This document shows positions 46,770 to 55,962 of a stretch of 64,000 nucleotides of DNA, one piece after another; position 1 is the stretch's first letter; each line of letters begins with the position of its first letter. This DNA comes from Parvibaculales bacterium (GTDB lineage Bacteria > Pseudomonadota > Alphaproteobacteria > RS24). The notes beneath the pieces were generated by a model that saw nothing but the letters and a program-made list of their open reading frames with translations, did no database searches and was not told the DNA's origin. Where the stretch lies: positions 18,459 through 82,458 of the forward strand of contig JBMHDF010000011.1 of NCBI GenBank assembly GCA_049889535.1, in the 5' to 3' direction. Position numbers and translations under genes: made by a program.

Positions 46770-48239
46770 ATGGCAAAATTTATTCCAGTAGAACCATTTG
46801 ATATTGTGATTTTTGGGGTCACTGGTGATTTATCGCAGCTCAAATTATTACCTGCATTATTTCACCGCTATTTAGATGGTCAAATTGATATCTCAAGTAA
46901 AATTATCGGAGCCTCCCGACAAAGCTTGAGTAAAGAAGAATTTATTTCTCTTGCCTATAAAGCTTGCAAAAAACAAACAAAAGATATGGTAGAGGATAAA
47001 TGGGCAGAGTTTTCTAGCTTGCTTGAATATGTGGAAATGGACGCCACCCAAAATGGGCCAGAATGGCAAACACTAAAAAATTACATTTCTGAAGATAACC
47101 GCCCTTGCATATTTTATCTTGCCGTCGCCCCTGACCTATATGTCCCGATTTGTCAGGCGATTAAATCAACTGGCGTTAAAAAAGATAATGCCCGTGTTGT
47201 GCTTGAAAAGCCGATTGGCACAAATCTCGAAACAGCTGTGAATATTAATCATGGCGTTGGTGAAGTTTTTGACGAAAATTCAATTTTTCGAATGGACCAT
47301 TATCTCGGAAAAGAAACGGTGCAGAATTTGCTCGTGCTTAGATTTGCCAACACAATGTTCGAACCCGTTTGGTCAAATCATACAATTGACCATGTGCAGA
47401 TAACCGTCGCGGAAACACTTGGCGTCGATAATCGGCATGAATATTACGATAAATCAGGCGCGGTTAGAGATATTGTTCAAAATCATCTGTTACAATTATT
47501 ATGCTTAACAGCAATGGAGCCTCCTCTATCGCTGAATGCCGATGATGTACGCGAAGAAAAAATTAAAATTTTGCGGGCTCTAAAAGGGTTCACACCGAAA
47601 ACTGTTTTAAAAAATACAGTGCGCGCCCAATATGTCGCTGGACAAGTCGATAATCAGCCCGTTGCGGGGTATAAAGACAAGCTGCCCGACAACCTAAAAG
47701 ACAGCAAAACCGAGACATTTGTTGCCATTAAAACTGAAATTGAAAATTGGCGCTGGTCGGGCGTGCCGTTTTATTTGCGCACTGGTAAAAGAATGGCGAA
47801 ACGATGCTCTGAAATTGTCGTGCAGTTTAAACCTCTGCCCCACAATGTTTTTGGCGATGGGATACAGGAACCAAACCGCTTGGTTATCCGTTTGCAACCC
47901 GATGAAGGTATGCGTCTTTATATGCAAATCAAGCAGCCTGGACCGGGCGGTCTTGAGTTGCAATCTTTACCGCTTGACCTTTCTTATGCGCAAAGTTTTT
48001 CGCGCATACGTTATCCAGATGCCTATGAACGTCTATTGATGGATGTTGTGCGCGGCAATTTAGCTCTTTTCATGGGGCATAATGAAGTTGAGGCCGCATG
48101 GGCTTGGACTGACAATTTATTGACATCATGGGAAGAGGCTTCCCAAACTGTCGAAACCTATGTCGCCGGAACAAATGGCCCTCTCAAAGCCGCCATGTTA
48201 ATGGATCGCGATAATCGCGAATGGTGGGACGAAAGTTAA
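46770..48239 (+). CDS. zwf: Glucose-6-phosphate 1-dehydrogenase
   Basis: IVIFGVTGDLSQLKLLPAL and RMDHYLGKETVQNLL (active-site block). Confidence 0.95.
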   Translation: MAKFIPVEPFDIVIFGVTGDLSQLKLLPALFHRYLDGQIDISSKIIGASRQSLSKEEFISLAYKACKKQTKDMVEDKWAEFSSLLEYVEMDATQNGPEWQTLKNYISEDNRPCIFYLAVAPDLYVPICQAIKSTGVKKDNARVVLEKPIGTNLETAVNINHGVGEVFDENSIFRMDHYLGKETVQNLLVLRFANTMFEPVWSNHTIDHVQITVAETLGVDNRHEYYDKSGAVRDIVQNHLLQLLCLTAMEPPLSLNADDVREEKIKILRALKGFTPKTVLKNTVRAQYVAGQVDNQPVAGYKDKLPDNLKDSKTETFVAIKTEIENWRWSGVPFYLRTGKRMAKRCSEIVVQFKPLPHNVFGDGIQEPNRLVIRLQPDEGMRLYMQIKQPGPGGLELQSLPLDLSYAQSFSRIRYPDAYERLLMDVVRGNLALFMGHNEVEAAWAWTDNLLTSWEEASQTVETYVAGTNGPLKAAMLMDRDNREWWDES

Positions 48240-48249
48240 GAGAGAAAAA

Positions 48250-48942
48250 ATGCTTCATAACAATATTCTAGAATTCACATCTGAACAGGCGATGCAAGCC
48301 ACAGTGACAGATGCTATTTCTTCAGCCATTGCTGACCAGCCCTGCACGCTTCTTTTATCTGGGGGCTCAACACCAGGTCCAATCTATGAGCAATTGGCAG
48401 AGCAAGACATAAACTGGAAAAATATACACATCTCCTTAGCTGATGAACGCTGGGTTGACGAAACTGATGCGGGGTCAAATGCGCGCTTAATTAAAAACAC
48501 CCTGTTACAAAAACATGCTGCAAACGCACCCTTCACCCCAATGAAATCTGAAAACAGTGACCCTGAATTGGGTAAGGGCTGTGTTGAAATGGCTTATCAG
48601 CAACTCCCCAAGCCATATTATATTGTTCTGGGTATGGGAGAAGATGGCCATATTGCTTCTTGGTTTCCATCAGCGCCTGAATATCAAAATATGATTACCA
48701 GTAATGACAAAAAACTTGTTGCTGTTTTGAACCCTAAAAAGTCCCAGATTACCGGCTCATACACACAGCGCATCACCATCACGCCTTATCTATTATCCCA
48801 ATGCGAGAAAGCTTTTCTCATTATTAAAGGTGAAACAAAGCTCAGCCTTCTAAAAAACTGGCTGAACACTCATGCTGACTTACCGGTGACGCATGCTATT
48901 GACATTTTAAAATCAAAACTCTTCATATATGCGAGCCATTAA
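48250..48942 (+). CDS. pgl: 6-phosphogluconolactonase
   Basis: LLLSGGSTPGPIYEQL, LADERWV and LGMGEDGHIAS. Confidence 0.9.
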   Translation: MLHNNILEFTSEQAMQATVTDAISSAIADQPCTLLLSGGSTPGPIYEQLAEQDINWKNIHISLADERWVDETDAGSNARLIKNTLLQKHAANAPFTPMKSENSDPELGKGCVEMAYQQLPKPYYIVLGMGEDGHIASWFPSAPEYQNMITSNDKKLVAVLNPKKSQITGSYTQRITITPYLLSQCEKAFLIIKGETKLSLLKNWLNTHADLPVTHAIDILKSKLFIYASH

Positions 48943-48974
48943 AAACGCTCCAGGCTTTAAATAATGAGAATGAA

Positions 48975-50771
48975 ATGAACAAGACAGTTCAAGAAATTAC
49001 TGAAAAAATAATTGCCCGCTCACAAGATACGCGCGCTTCTTATTTAAAATTAATGCGCCAGTCCGAAGATGATGAAAAGGCAAAAAATATATCTGCAGGA
49101 AATAAAGCACATGCCATTGCAGCCTGCCCGCTTGAGGATAAAAAGAAATTAATTGGCGGCAATTGGCCAAATATTGCGATTGTAACAGCCTATAATGATA
49201 TGCTGTCTGCGCACCAGCCTTATGAGCATTACCCACAAAAATTAAAAGAATTTGCCCGTCAATTTAACGCGACAGCACAGGTGGCAGGTGGCGTACCGGC
49301 TATGTGTGACGGTGTTACGCAAGGTCAAGATGGGATGGAATTGTCGCTTTTCTCACGCGATGTTATTGCCATGTCAACGGCTATCGCGCTTTCACATAAC
49401 ACCTTTAATGCCGCATTATATTTGGGTATTTGTGATAAAATCGTGCCTGGTCTTTTAATGGGCGCCTTGCAATTTGGACATTTGCCAGCTGTTTTTGTTC
49501 CCTCTGGGCCGATGCCAAGCGGTTTGCCAAATGCCGAAAAAAGCCGTGTCCGCAAAGCCTATGCGCGTGGTGAGGCAACACGCGATGAGCTGTTAGAGGC
49601 TGAGATGCAAAGCTATCATAGTGCTGGTACATGCACTTTTTATGGCACAGCCAATTCAAACCAGATGCTAATGGAAGTGATGGGGTTGCATGTGCCAGGC
49701 GCCGCTTTTATCCCGCCAGACACGCCTCTGCGCGATAAACTAACCCAAGAAGCTGTCCGCCTTGCTGTACAAACCGCCAAACCACTTTATGAAACCATTG
49801 ATGAAAAATCGATTGTCAATGCCATGATTGGTTTATTGGCGACAGGTGGCTCGACAAATCATACCATTCACTTACCCGCCATCGCACGCGCGGCCGGTAT
49901 TATCATTAATTGGGATGATTTTGACGCCCTGTCCCAAAATGTACCTTTACTCGCCAAAGTCTACCCAAATGGCGAGGCAGATATAAACCATTTCCATGCA
50001 GCAGGTGGGATTGGATTTATCATCAAAACTCTTTTAGAAAATGAATATCTACATGCTGATGTCCAAACAGTTGCTGGAAATGGGCTGGCGCATTATGCCC
50101 AAGAGCCGCAACTGGCAGATGATGAATTAACATGGCAAACAAGCCCATCAGAGTCTGCGGATGAAAATATTCTGACCTCTTGCGCAAATGCTTTTAGCAA
50201 AAATGGCGGTATGCGGGCTGTCTCTGGCAATATTGGACGGGGCATTGTCAAGACCTCAGCAGTAGACCCTAAAAATTATACCATCAAAGCGCCAGCACTG
50301 GTTTTCAGTAATCAAGATGATGTGCTTGGCGCCTATATGAATGGTGAGTTAGAACGAGATGTTGTTATCGTTCTAAAAAATCAGGGCCCGAAAGCAAATG
50401 GCATGCCTGAATTACACAAATTAACCCCTGCCTTAACCACTCTTTTGGAAAAAGGGTATCGTGTGGCGCTCATTACAGATGGCCGCATGTCAGGGGCCTC
50501 AGGAACAGTCCCCGCTGCAATACAGGTTGTCCCTGAAGCCATTGAAGGCGGCGCTTTATCACTCATACAAAATGATGATTTAATTGAATTGAATTGTTTA
50601 GACGGCAGCTTGCACGTGCTTGAAGAAAATTTTCATCAAAGAGAATTTGATAAAGCCTCATCACCTACTCTGCAAAATCAAACACTGGGAAGAAATCTAT
50701 TTTCCCAATTTAGAAAAAAAGCCATGAATGCTGAAAAAGGTGGTTCTATATTTTTTGACGAGGGAATATAA
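48975..50771 (+). CDS. edd: Phosphogluconate dehydratase
   Basis: IlvD/Edd family: AIVTAYNDMLSAHQP, MCDGVTQG, ICDKIVPG and ITDGRMSGASG. Confidence 0.95.
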   Translation: MNKTVQEITEKIIARSQDTRASYLKLMRQSEDDEKAKNISAGNKAHAIAACPLEDKKKLIGGNWPNIAIVTAYNDMLSAHQPYEHYPQKLKEFARQFNATAQVAGGVPAMCDGVTQGQDGMELSLFSRDVIAMSTAIALSHNTFNAALYLGICDKIVPGLLMGALQFGHLPAVFVPSGPMPSGLPNAEKSRVRKAYARGEATRDELLEAEMQSYHSAGTCTFYGTANSNQMLMEVMGLHVPGAAFIPPDTPLRDKLTQEAVRLAVQTAKPLYETIDEKSIVNAMIGLLATGGSTNHTIHLPAIARAAGIIINWDDFDALSQNVPLLAKVYPNGEADINHFHAAGGIGFIIKTLLENEYLHADVQTVAGNGLAHYAQEPQLADDELTWQTSPSESADENILTSCANAFSKNGGMRAVSGNIGRGIVKTSAVDPKNYTIKAPALVFSNQDDVLGAYMNGELERDVVIVLKNQGPKANGMPELHKLTPALTTLLEKGYRVALITDGRMSGASGTVPAAIQVVPEAIEGGALSLIQNDDLIELNCLDGSLHVLEENFHQREFDKASSPTLQNQTLGRNLFSQFRKKAMNAEKGGSIFFDEGI

Positions 50772-50772
50772 A

Positions 50773-51735
50773 ATGATTTTAGTAGGCGATATTGGCGGCA
50801 CGAATGCACGGTTTGCCATTGCGATTGAAGCATCTGGTAAAAAAATCATTATCAGTGATTATGAAAAATTTAAATCACGCGACTTTGATGTCTTTGAAGA
50901 TTTGCTACAAGGCTTCATCAGCAGCATAGACCACAAACCCAGTAAAGCCATTTTAGCCGTTGCTGGGCCTGTTCATGACCAAAGAGCTGAATTCACAAAC
51001 CAAAATTGGGAAGTCAATAGTCGTTTGATTGAAAAAGCCTGCAAAATTCCGAAAGTGCATTTGATTAATGATTTTGAGGCTATGGCGCGCTCTGTACCGG
51101 AAATGAGCCAAGAAAACTTCATCGAGATTAATCAAGGGGTTGTCACAGAAAACGCTCCTATTCTTGTTGCTGGCCCTGGCACAGGGTTTGGTGCATGCTT
51201 GCTCATCAAACAAGGCACAAACTGGACCCCATATGCCACAGAAGGCGGGCATAGTATCTATGCCCCGCAAACAGACTTAGAAAAAGAAATAGTCGCCTAT
51301 ATTGGGCGCGACGGCACACCAGTCTCCGTCGAACGTCTGTGCGCAGGCAAAGGGCTTAAAGATTTAACTAAGGCAATTTGCGAGATTAAAGATGTCCCTT
51401 ATACAGATATCAGCCCTCATGAATTGGTCGAGCGCTCACAATCTGGAGAAGAGCCATTTTTAACTGTCTCACTCGTGCGAGCCAATATGATTATGAGCAG
51501 CCTTGCCAATATGGCTTTGGTAACAGGCGCAAGAGGTGGCGTTGTCATCTCAGGCGGTGTTGCCAAACATTTAGCTAATTTCCTGACCAGCAAAGAAGCC
51601 TTAGACCGTTTCAAGGCTGTTTGGACGCATAAAAATTATTTACCGAATATTCCTATTAAATTACTAAATGACAGCACTGCACCACTGATTGGGGCGGCAG
51701 CCTATGGGTTTTATGAAGGGGCGCAAAATGGCTGA
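50773..51735 (+). CDS. glk: Glucokinase
   Basis: MILVGDIGGTNARFAI and VAGPGTGFG. The ATG lies 1 nt after the edd stop. Confidence 0.92.
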   Translation: MILVGDIGGTNARFAIAIEASGKKIIISDYEKFKSRDFDVFEDLLQGFISSIDHKPSKAILAVAGPVHDQRAEFTNQNWEVNSRLIEKACKIPKVHLINDFEAMARSVPEMSQENFIEINQGVVTENAPILVAGPGTGFGACLLIKQGTNWTPYATEGGHSIYAPQTDLEKEIVAYIGRDGTPVSVERLCAGKGLKDLTKAICEIKDVPYTDISPHELVERSQSGEEPFLTVSLVRANMIMSSLANMALVTGARGGVVISGGVAKHLANFLTSKEALDRFKAVWTHKNYLPNIPIKLLNDSTAPLIGAAAYGFYEGAQNG

Positions 51736-52357
51736 TTATGAAAAATTAATAGCCGCGACAAACCCTAGCAATATCGTGCCTGTCATCGTGATAAATAACA
51801 TTGATGACGCTTTGCCAATGGCGAAAGCTTTTTCGAATGCTGGTATAGGTGTTCTTGAAATTACTTTGAGAACAAAATTTGGTGCACAAGCCATCGCGCA
51901 AATTAAAAATAGTTTTCCAAAGATGAGTATCGGTGCTGGCACAGTGACAGACCAAATAAGCTTAGAGGCAGCATTATCTTCGGGATGCGACTTCGTTGTT
52001 ACACCAGGCACGACAAATGAATTATTTCACTCTCTGCAGCAAATTGACTTGCCAGTTTTGCCAGGCGTTTCAACCATCAGCGAAGCACTGACGGCATATC
52101 AAAAAGGCTTTAAATATCAAAAATTCTTTCCGGCAGAAGCAATTGGCGGCATTCCAGCATTAAAGGCCATAAACGGCCCTTTGCCTGAAATATGTTTTAT
52201 GCCAACAGGCGGTATCGGAGCGCATAATGCACGTGATTATTTAGCGCTTGAAAATGTTGTCTGTGTAGGTGGCACCTGGATGATGGATACAGCCAGCATG
52301 GACAATGCTGATTGGTCAAGCTTTGAAACCGTATTGAAAAAACATATTACCTTATAG
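51728..52357 (+). CDS. eda: 2-dehydro-3-deoxyphosphogluconate (KDPG) aldolase
   Basis: VPVIVINNIDDALPMAKAF..GIGVLEITLRT, GAGTV, KFFPAE. 8-nt overlap with glk. Confidence 0.92.
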   Translation: MADYEKLIAATNPSNIVPVIVINNIDDALPMAKAFSNAGIGVLEITLRTKFGAQAIAQIKNSFPKMSIGAGTVTDQISLEAALSSGCDFVVTPGTTNELFHSLQQIDLPVLPGVSTISEALTAYQKGFKYQKFFPAEAIGGIPALKAINGPLPEICFMPTGGIGAHNARDYLALENVVCVGGTWMMDTASMDNADWSSFETVLKKHITL

Positions 52358-52383
52358 GCAATTGTGTTTACCGCGTTTTTAAA

Positions 52384-53970
52384 TTACCAAAACACCGCAT
52401 AAATAAGTACCAAGATAGCCGTAATCAGCATAGAGGCATGATTGAACCCTTTTGAGGTAGCAAATTGAATGCCACTAATATTCGAAATCGCTACTGGCTT
52501 TTCGTCTTGCTTGAGCACAGACACAAGATACCCCGCTGCAAGGCAAGCTAAGAAAACACCCCAAATACGGATCACAAAGGCAATATCAGGATAATATATT
52601 TTAAGAATAATATTGGCGATAACAGAAATCAAAAGCATCGCAAAAGCTGCTTGTTTTGTGCATTTTGGCCAGAATAAACCGAGCAAAAACACCGAAACAA
52701 TACCCGGCGCCACAAAGCCCGTATACTCCTGAATAAGCTGAAAAGCACTTTCCATATTGCCGACAAAAGGCTTGGCAAGCAAAACTGCAATTATCATTGC
52801 CACAACCGAACATAGACGGCCAACCAATACATAATGTGCTTCAGCAGCATTTTTCTTTATATAATCGCGGTAAATATCCATTGTGAATATGGTTGAAATA
52901 GAATTCACCATAGAGGCCAGCGAAGACAAAATAGCCGCTATTAAGGCAGCAAACACAACCCCGCGAATGCCATCAGGCACAAGCCCAATCAACAGACCAT
53001 AAGTGCTGTCGGGCTTTTCATTTAGGGCGTTATAATCAAGCATGCCATTTTGCGCCATCCACAAGGCGGCAATGCCCGGAATAACAACAATCACAGGAAT
53101 AAGAAGCTTCAAGCCTGCGGCAAAAACCAAACCTTTTTGCGCTTCTTGAATATTTTCAGCAGCCAACGCACGCTGAATAATATATTGATTAAATCCCCAA
53201 TATGAAAAATGTAAGACCCATAATCCACCCAGCAAAGTCCAAATACCTGGTAGGCTTGAATAATGCGGACTATCATCAGCAAAAATCATTTGGAAATGAC
53301 CCGGAATTTCAGTGAGCAATGTGTTAAAACCATGCACCACATTGCCGCCGTCACCTATTTGAGCAAGCGCTATATATGTAATGATAATGCCGCCTAAAAT
53401 CAGAACAACCACTTGAATAATATCAGTAAAGGCGACAGCTTTTAATCCGCCATAGATGGAATAAATAATGGCCAGCGCAGCAAGTGAAACAAGTCCGAAA
53501 TTAATTGAAATACCTGTCAGCGTATTAATGGCCAAAGCCCCGAGCCATAAAATAGCGGTGAGATTAACGGCTGTGTAAAGCACCAACCAGAAAAACGCCA
53601 TTAAAACTTTAATTTCACCACCAAAGCGTTGCTCTAAAAATTGCGGCATGGTGTAGATTTTATTCTTTAAGAATATTGGCAGCATAAATTTGGCAACAAT
53701 GATGAGCACAATCGCAGCCTGCCATTCATAAGCAGCAATTGCCAGACCAAGCACAAAACCCTGCCCTGACTGACCAATTATTTGCTCTGCTGAAATATTA
53801 GCGGCGATGAGCGAGGCGCCAATCGCCCACCATGGCAGGCTTTTTCCAGCTAGAAAATAATCTTCGCTGGAGATGTTTTCCGATGTTTTTTTACGGGAGA
53901 CATAAAAAGCAGCCGCGACCAATAAGACCAGATAAAGACCAATAACTATATTATCTAAAACCGACAGCAT
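52384..53970 (-). CDS. Sodium:solute symporter (SSS family, SGLT-like)
   Basis: YFLAGKSLPWWAIGASLIAANISAEQIIGQSG. About 13 TM segments. Confidence 0.9.
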   Translation of the reverse strand: MLSVLDNIVIGLYLVLLVAAAFYVSRKKTSENISSEDYFLAGKSLPWWAIGASLIAANISAEQIIGQSGQGFVLGLAIAAYEWQAAIVLIIVAKFMLPIFLKNKIYTMPQFLEQRFGGEIKVLMAFFWLVLYTAVNLTAILWLGALAINTLTGISINFGLVSLAALAIIYSIYGGLKAVAFTDIIQVVVLILGGIIITYIALAQIGDGGNVVHGFNTLLTEIPGHFQMIFADDSPHYSSLPGIWTLLGGLWVLHFSYWGFNQYIIQRALAAENIQEAQKGLVFAAGLKLLIPVIVVIPGIAALWMAQNGMLDYNALNEKPDSTYGLLIGLVPDGIRGVVFAALIAAILSSLASMVNSISTIFTMDIYRDYIKKNAAEAHYVLVGRLCSVVAMIIAVLLAKPFVGNMESAFQLIQEYTGFVAPGIVSVFLLGLFWPKCTKQAAFAMLLISVIANIILKIYYPDIAFVIRIWGVFLACLAAGYLVSVLKQDEKPVAISNISGIQFATSKGFNHASMLITAILVLIYAVFW

Positions 53971-53989
53971 GCGAGCCTCCCAAAACTAT

Positions 53990-55873
53990 TTAATAAGTTA
54001 AACCATAGCCAATTGCATAACGACTTGTCTCGTCTTGAGTTGCTTTATTAGCTGTATCAAATGGCCAGTCAAAGGGCAAAACACCTTTGAAATTATAATT
54101 CACCCCGCCTTGCTCATCTGAGACAAGCACATCAGCAACACCCTGCCCTTCACTGCCAGGCAACCATGCTACAACAAATGCATCCGCTATATCTAAGAGA
54201 CGGTCTACACCCAGTGGACGACCCGTTAAAAAGACAATAACAGTCTTCACACCTTTGGCATTTAAAGTCTCAACCTGATTGACGACAGAAGAAGGAAGCG
54301 CCTTAAAATCAGTACTATCCAAATCGCCCTCAAATTCCGCATAGGGTCTTTCACCAATTATGATAATAGCTGTATCACCTGATTTTAAATCATCAGCATC
54401 ATTCACGAGTTTTGCAGGAGATGCTTTGACAGCAGATTTGAGACCATCAGCCACAAGTGTGAAACCGGCATAACGGCTTTCAATAACATCACGCCCTTGC
54501 CAATCCATTGTCCAGCCACCCGCCTGAAAACGCACACTATCAGCGGCAGGGCCGCCAACATAAACGCGCCCTTGTTTCACAGGCAAACTTGCTTCATTTT
54601 TTAACAGAACCAAGCTTTCACGCACAGCCTGACGGGCAATGGCGCGATGGTCTTTATGACCAAGCATTTTCTTCGAACCACCTAACAAGCGTTCAGACGG
54701 CGCGACACCATCCATAAGACCCGAGCGATATTTGACACGCAGAATACGACGCACAGCATCATCTAGCCGTTCCGTTGAAATCTCACCCGATTTTACAGCG
54801 GCAATTGTATTGTCTAGAAACATGCGCCAATCGGTTGGGACCATCATCATATCCACACCCGCATTGACAGATTGAACACAGCTTTTGACATTACAGCCAG
54901 GAACTTGTTCATGGCCATTCCAGTCACCAACCACAAAACCATCAAAACCCATTTTGGTTTTAAGCACATCTGTTAAAAGATATTTGCTACCGTGCATTTT
55001 TTCGCCATTCCAGCTGCTAAAACTGGCCATGACAGTTTGCGCCCCTACGCCAATAGCGTAAAAATAAGGCTTCCCGTGAATATTGACTAATTCAGCCTCA
55101 GTAAGCTGCGTGTCTCCTTGATCAAGTCGGTTATTACGACCTGTGCCAAATTTTGTGCCACCGTCTCCGACAAAATGCTTAACGGTTGTGACAACTTTTT
55201 CCTGAGTGAGGAAATTATTTAGCGACGGGTGTCCCTGCAAACCAATGATAAGTTCTTTTGCAAGATTAGAAACAATATCAGGGTTAGCAGAATAACTTTC
55301 ATAACTGCGTCCCCATCTCAGATCTTTAGTAACGGCTACTGTTGGGGCGAAAACCCAATCAATTCCCGTAACAGCGACCTCTCTAGCGGTTACAATACCA
55401 ATATCACGCATTAAAGTAGGGTTATTGGCAGCACCCAAACCAATATTATGCGGAAAGACCGTCGCGCCATAAACATTATTATGACCATGCACCGCATCAG
55501 TACCCCAGATAACCGGGATGGCCGTGCTGCTTTTGACTGATTCCCGATAAAAACCTTCTGCCATTGCCAGCCAGCTTCTAACATCAGAGCCCGGCTGTTT
55601 GGTTGGCCATGAACCACCACCATTTAAAATGCCACCAATATTATATTTTCTGACATCTGACGGCGAAATTGAACCAATTTCAGCCATCACCAACTGACCA
55701 ACCTTCTCTTTGATACTCATAGAGGCTATTTTGGCCGAAATTTTTTGTTCTAAAACCGGGTCTTTTTTCACTGCAGGCTTAATAGCTGGCCATAAGTCGG
55801 TTGCACTTGCAGGAACCATTAAACCAAACAAGGCAAAAATATAAATCAGGGAATTTAGGAAGCGTTTGCGCAT
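53990..55873 (-). CDS. Periplasmic glycoside hydrolase family 3 (beta-glucosidase / exo-beta-glucanase)
   Basis: Signal peptide, then GTDAVHGHNNV, KHFVGDGGT, and GFVVGDWNG (nucleophile Asp block). 19 nt upstream of the SSS gene. Confidence 0.9.
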   Translation of the reverse strand: MRKRFLNSLIYIFALFGLMVPASATDLWPAIKPAVKKDPVLEQKISAKIASMSIKEKVGQLVMAEIGSISPSDVRKYNIGGILNGGGSWPTKQPGSDVRSWLAMAEGFYRESVKSSTAIPVIWGTDAVHGHNNVYGATVFPHNIGLGAANNPTLMRDIGIVTAREVAVTGIDWVFAPTVAVTKDLRWGRSYESYSANPDIVSNLAKELIIGLQGHPSLNNFLTQEKVVTTVKHFVGDGGTKFGTGRNNRLDQGDTQLTEAELVNIHGKPYFYAIGVGAQTVMASFSSWNGEKMHGSKYLLTDVLKTKMGFDGFVVGDWNGHEQVPGCNVKSCVQSVNAGVDMMMVPTDWRMFLDNTIAAVKSGEISTERLDDAVRRILRVKYRSGLMDGVAPSERLLGGSKKMLGHKDHRAIARQAVRESLVLLKNEASLPVKQGRVYVGGPAADSVRFQAGGWTMDWQGRDVIESRYAGFTLVADGLKSAVKASPAKLVNDADDLKSGDTAIIIIGERPYAEFEGDLDSTDFKALPSSVVNQVETLNAKGVKTVIVFLTGRPLGVDRLLDIADAFVVAWLPGSEGQGVADVLVSDEQGGVNYNFKGVLPFDWPFDTANKATQDETSRYAIGYGLTY

Positions 55874-55911
55874 AATTTCTCTATAAAATTTTGTTAAATA
55901 TACATTAAGTC

Positions 55912-55949
55912 AAAAAAAAGCCCCGGCATGCCATACAACACGCCGGGGC
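55912..55949 (-). terminator. Rho-independent terminator downstream of the TonB-dependent receptor
   Basis: The minus strand reads GCCCCGGC-loop-GCCGGGGC followed by T8. It lies 14 nt after the stop. Confidence 0.7.
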
Positions 55950-55962
55950 CATATTATTCGGA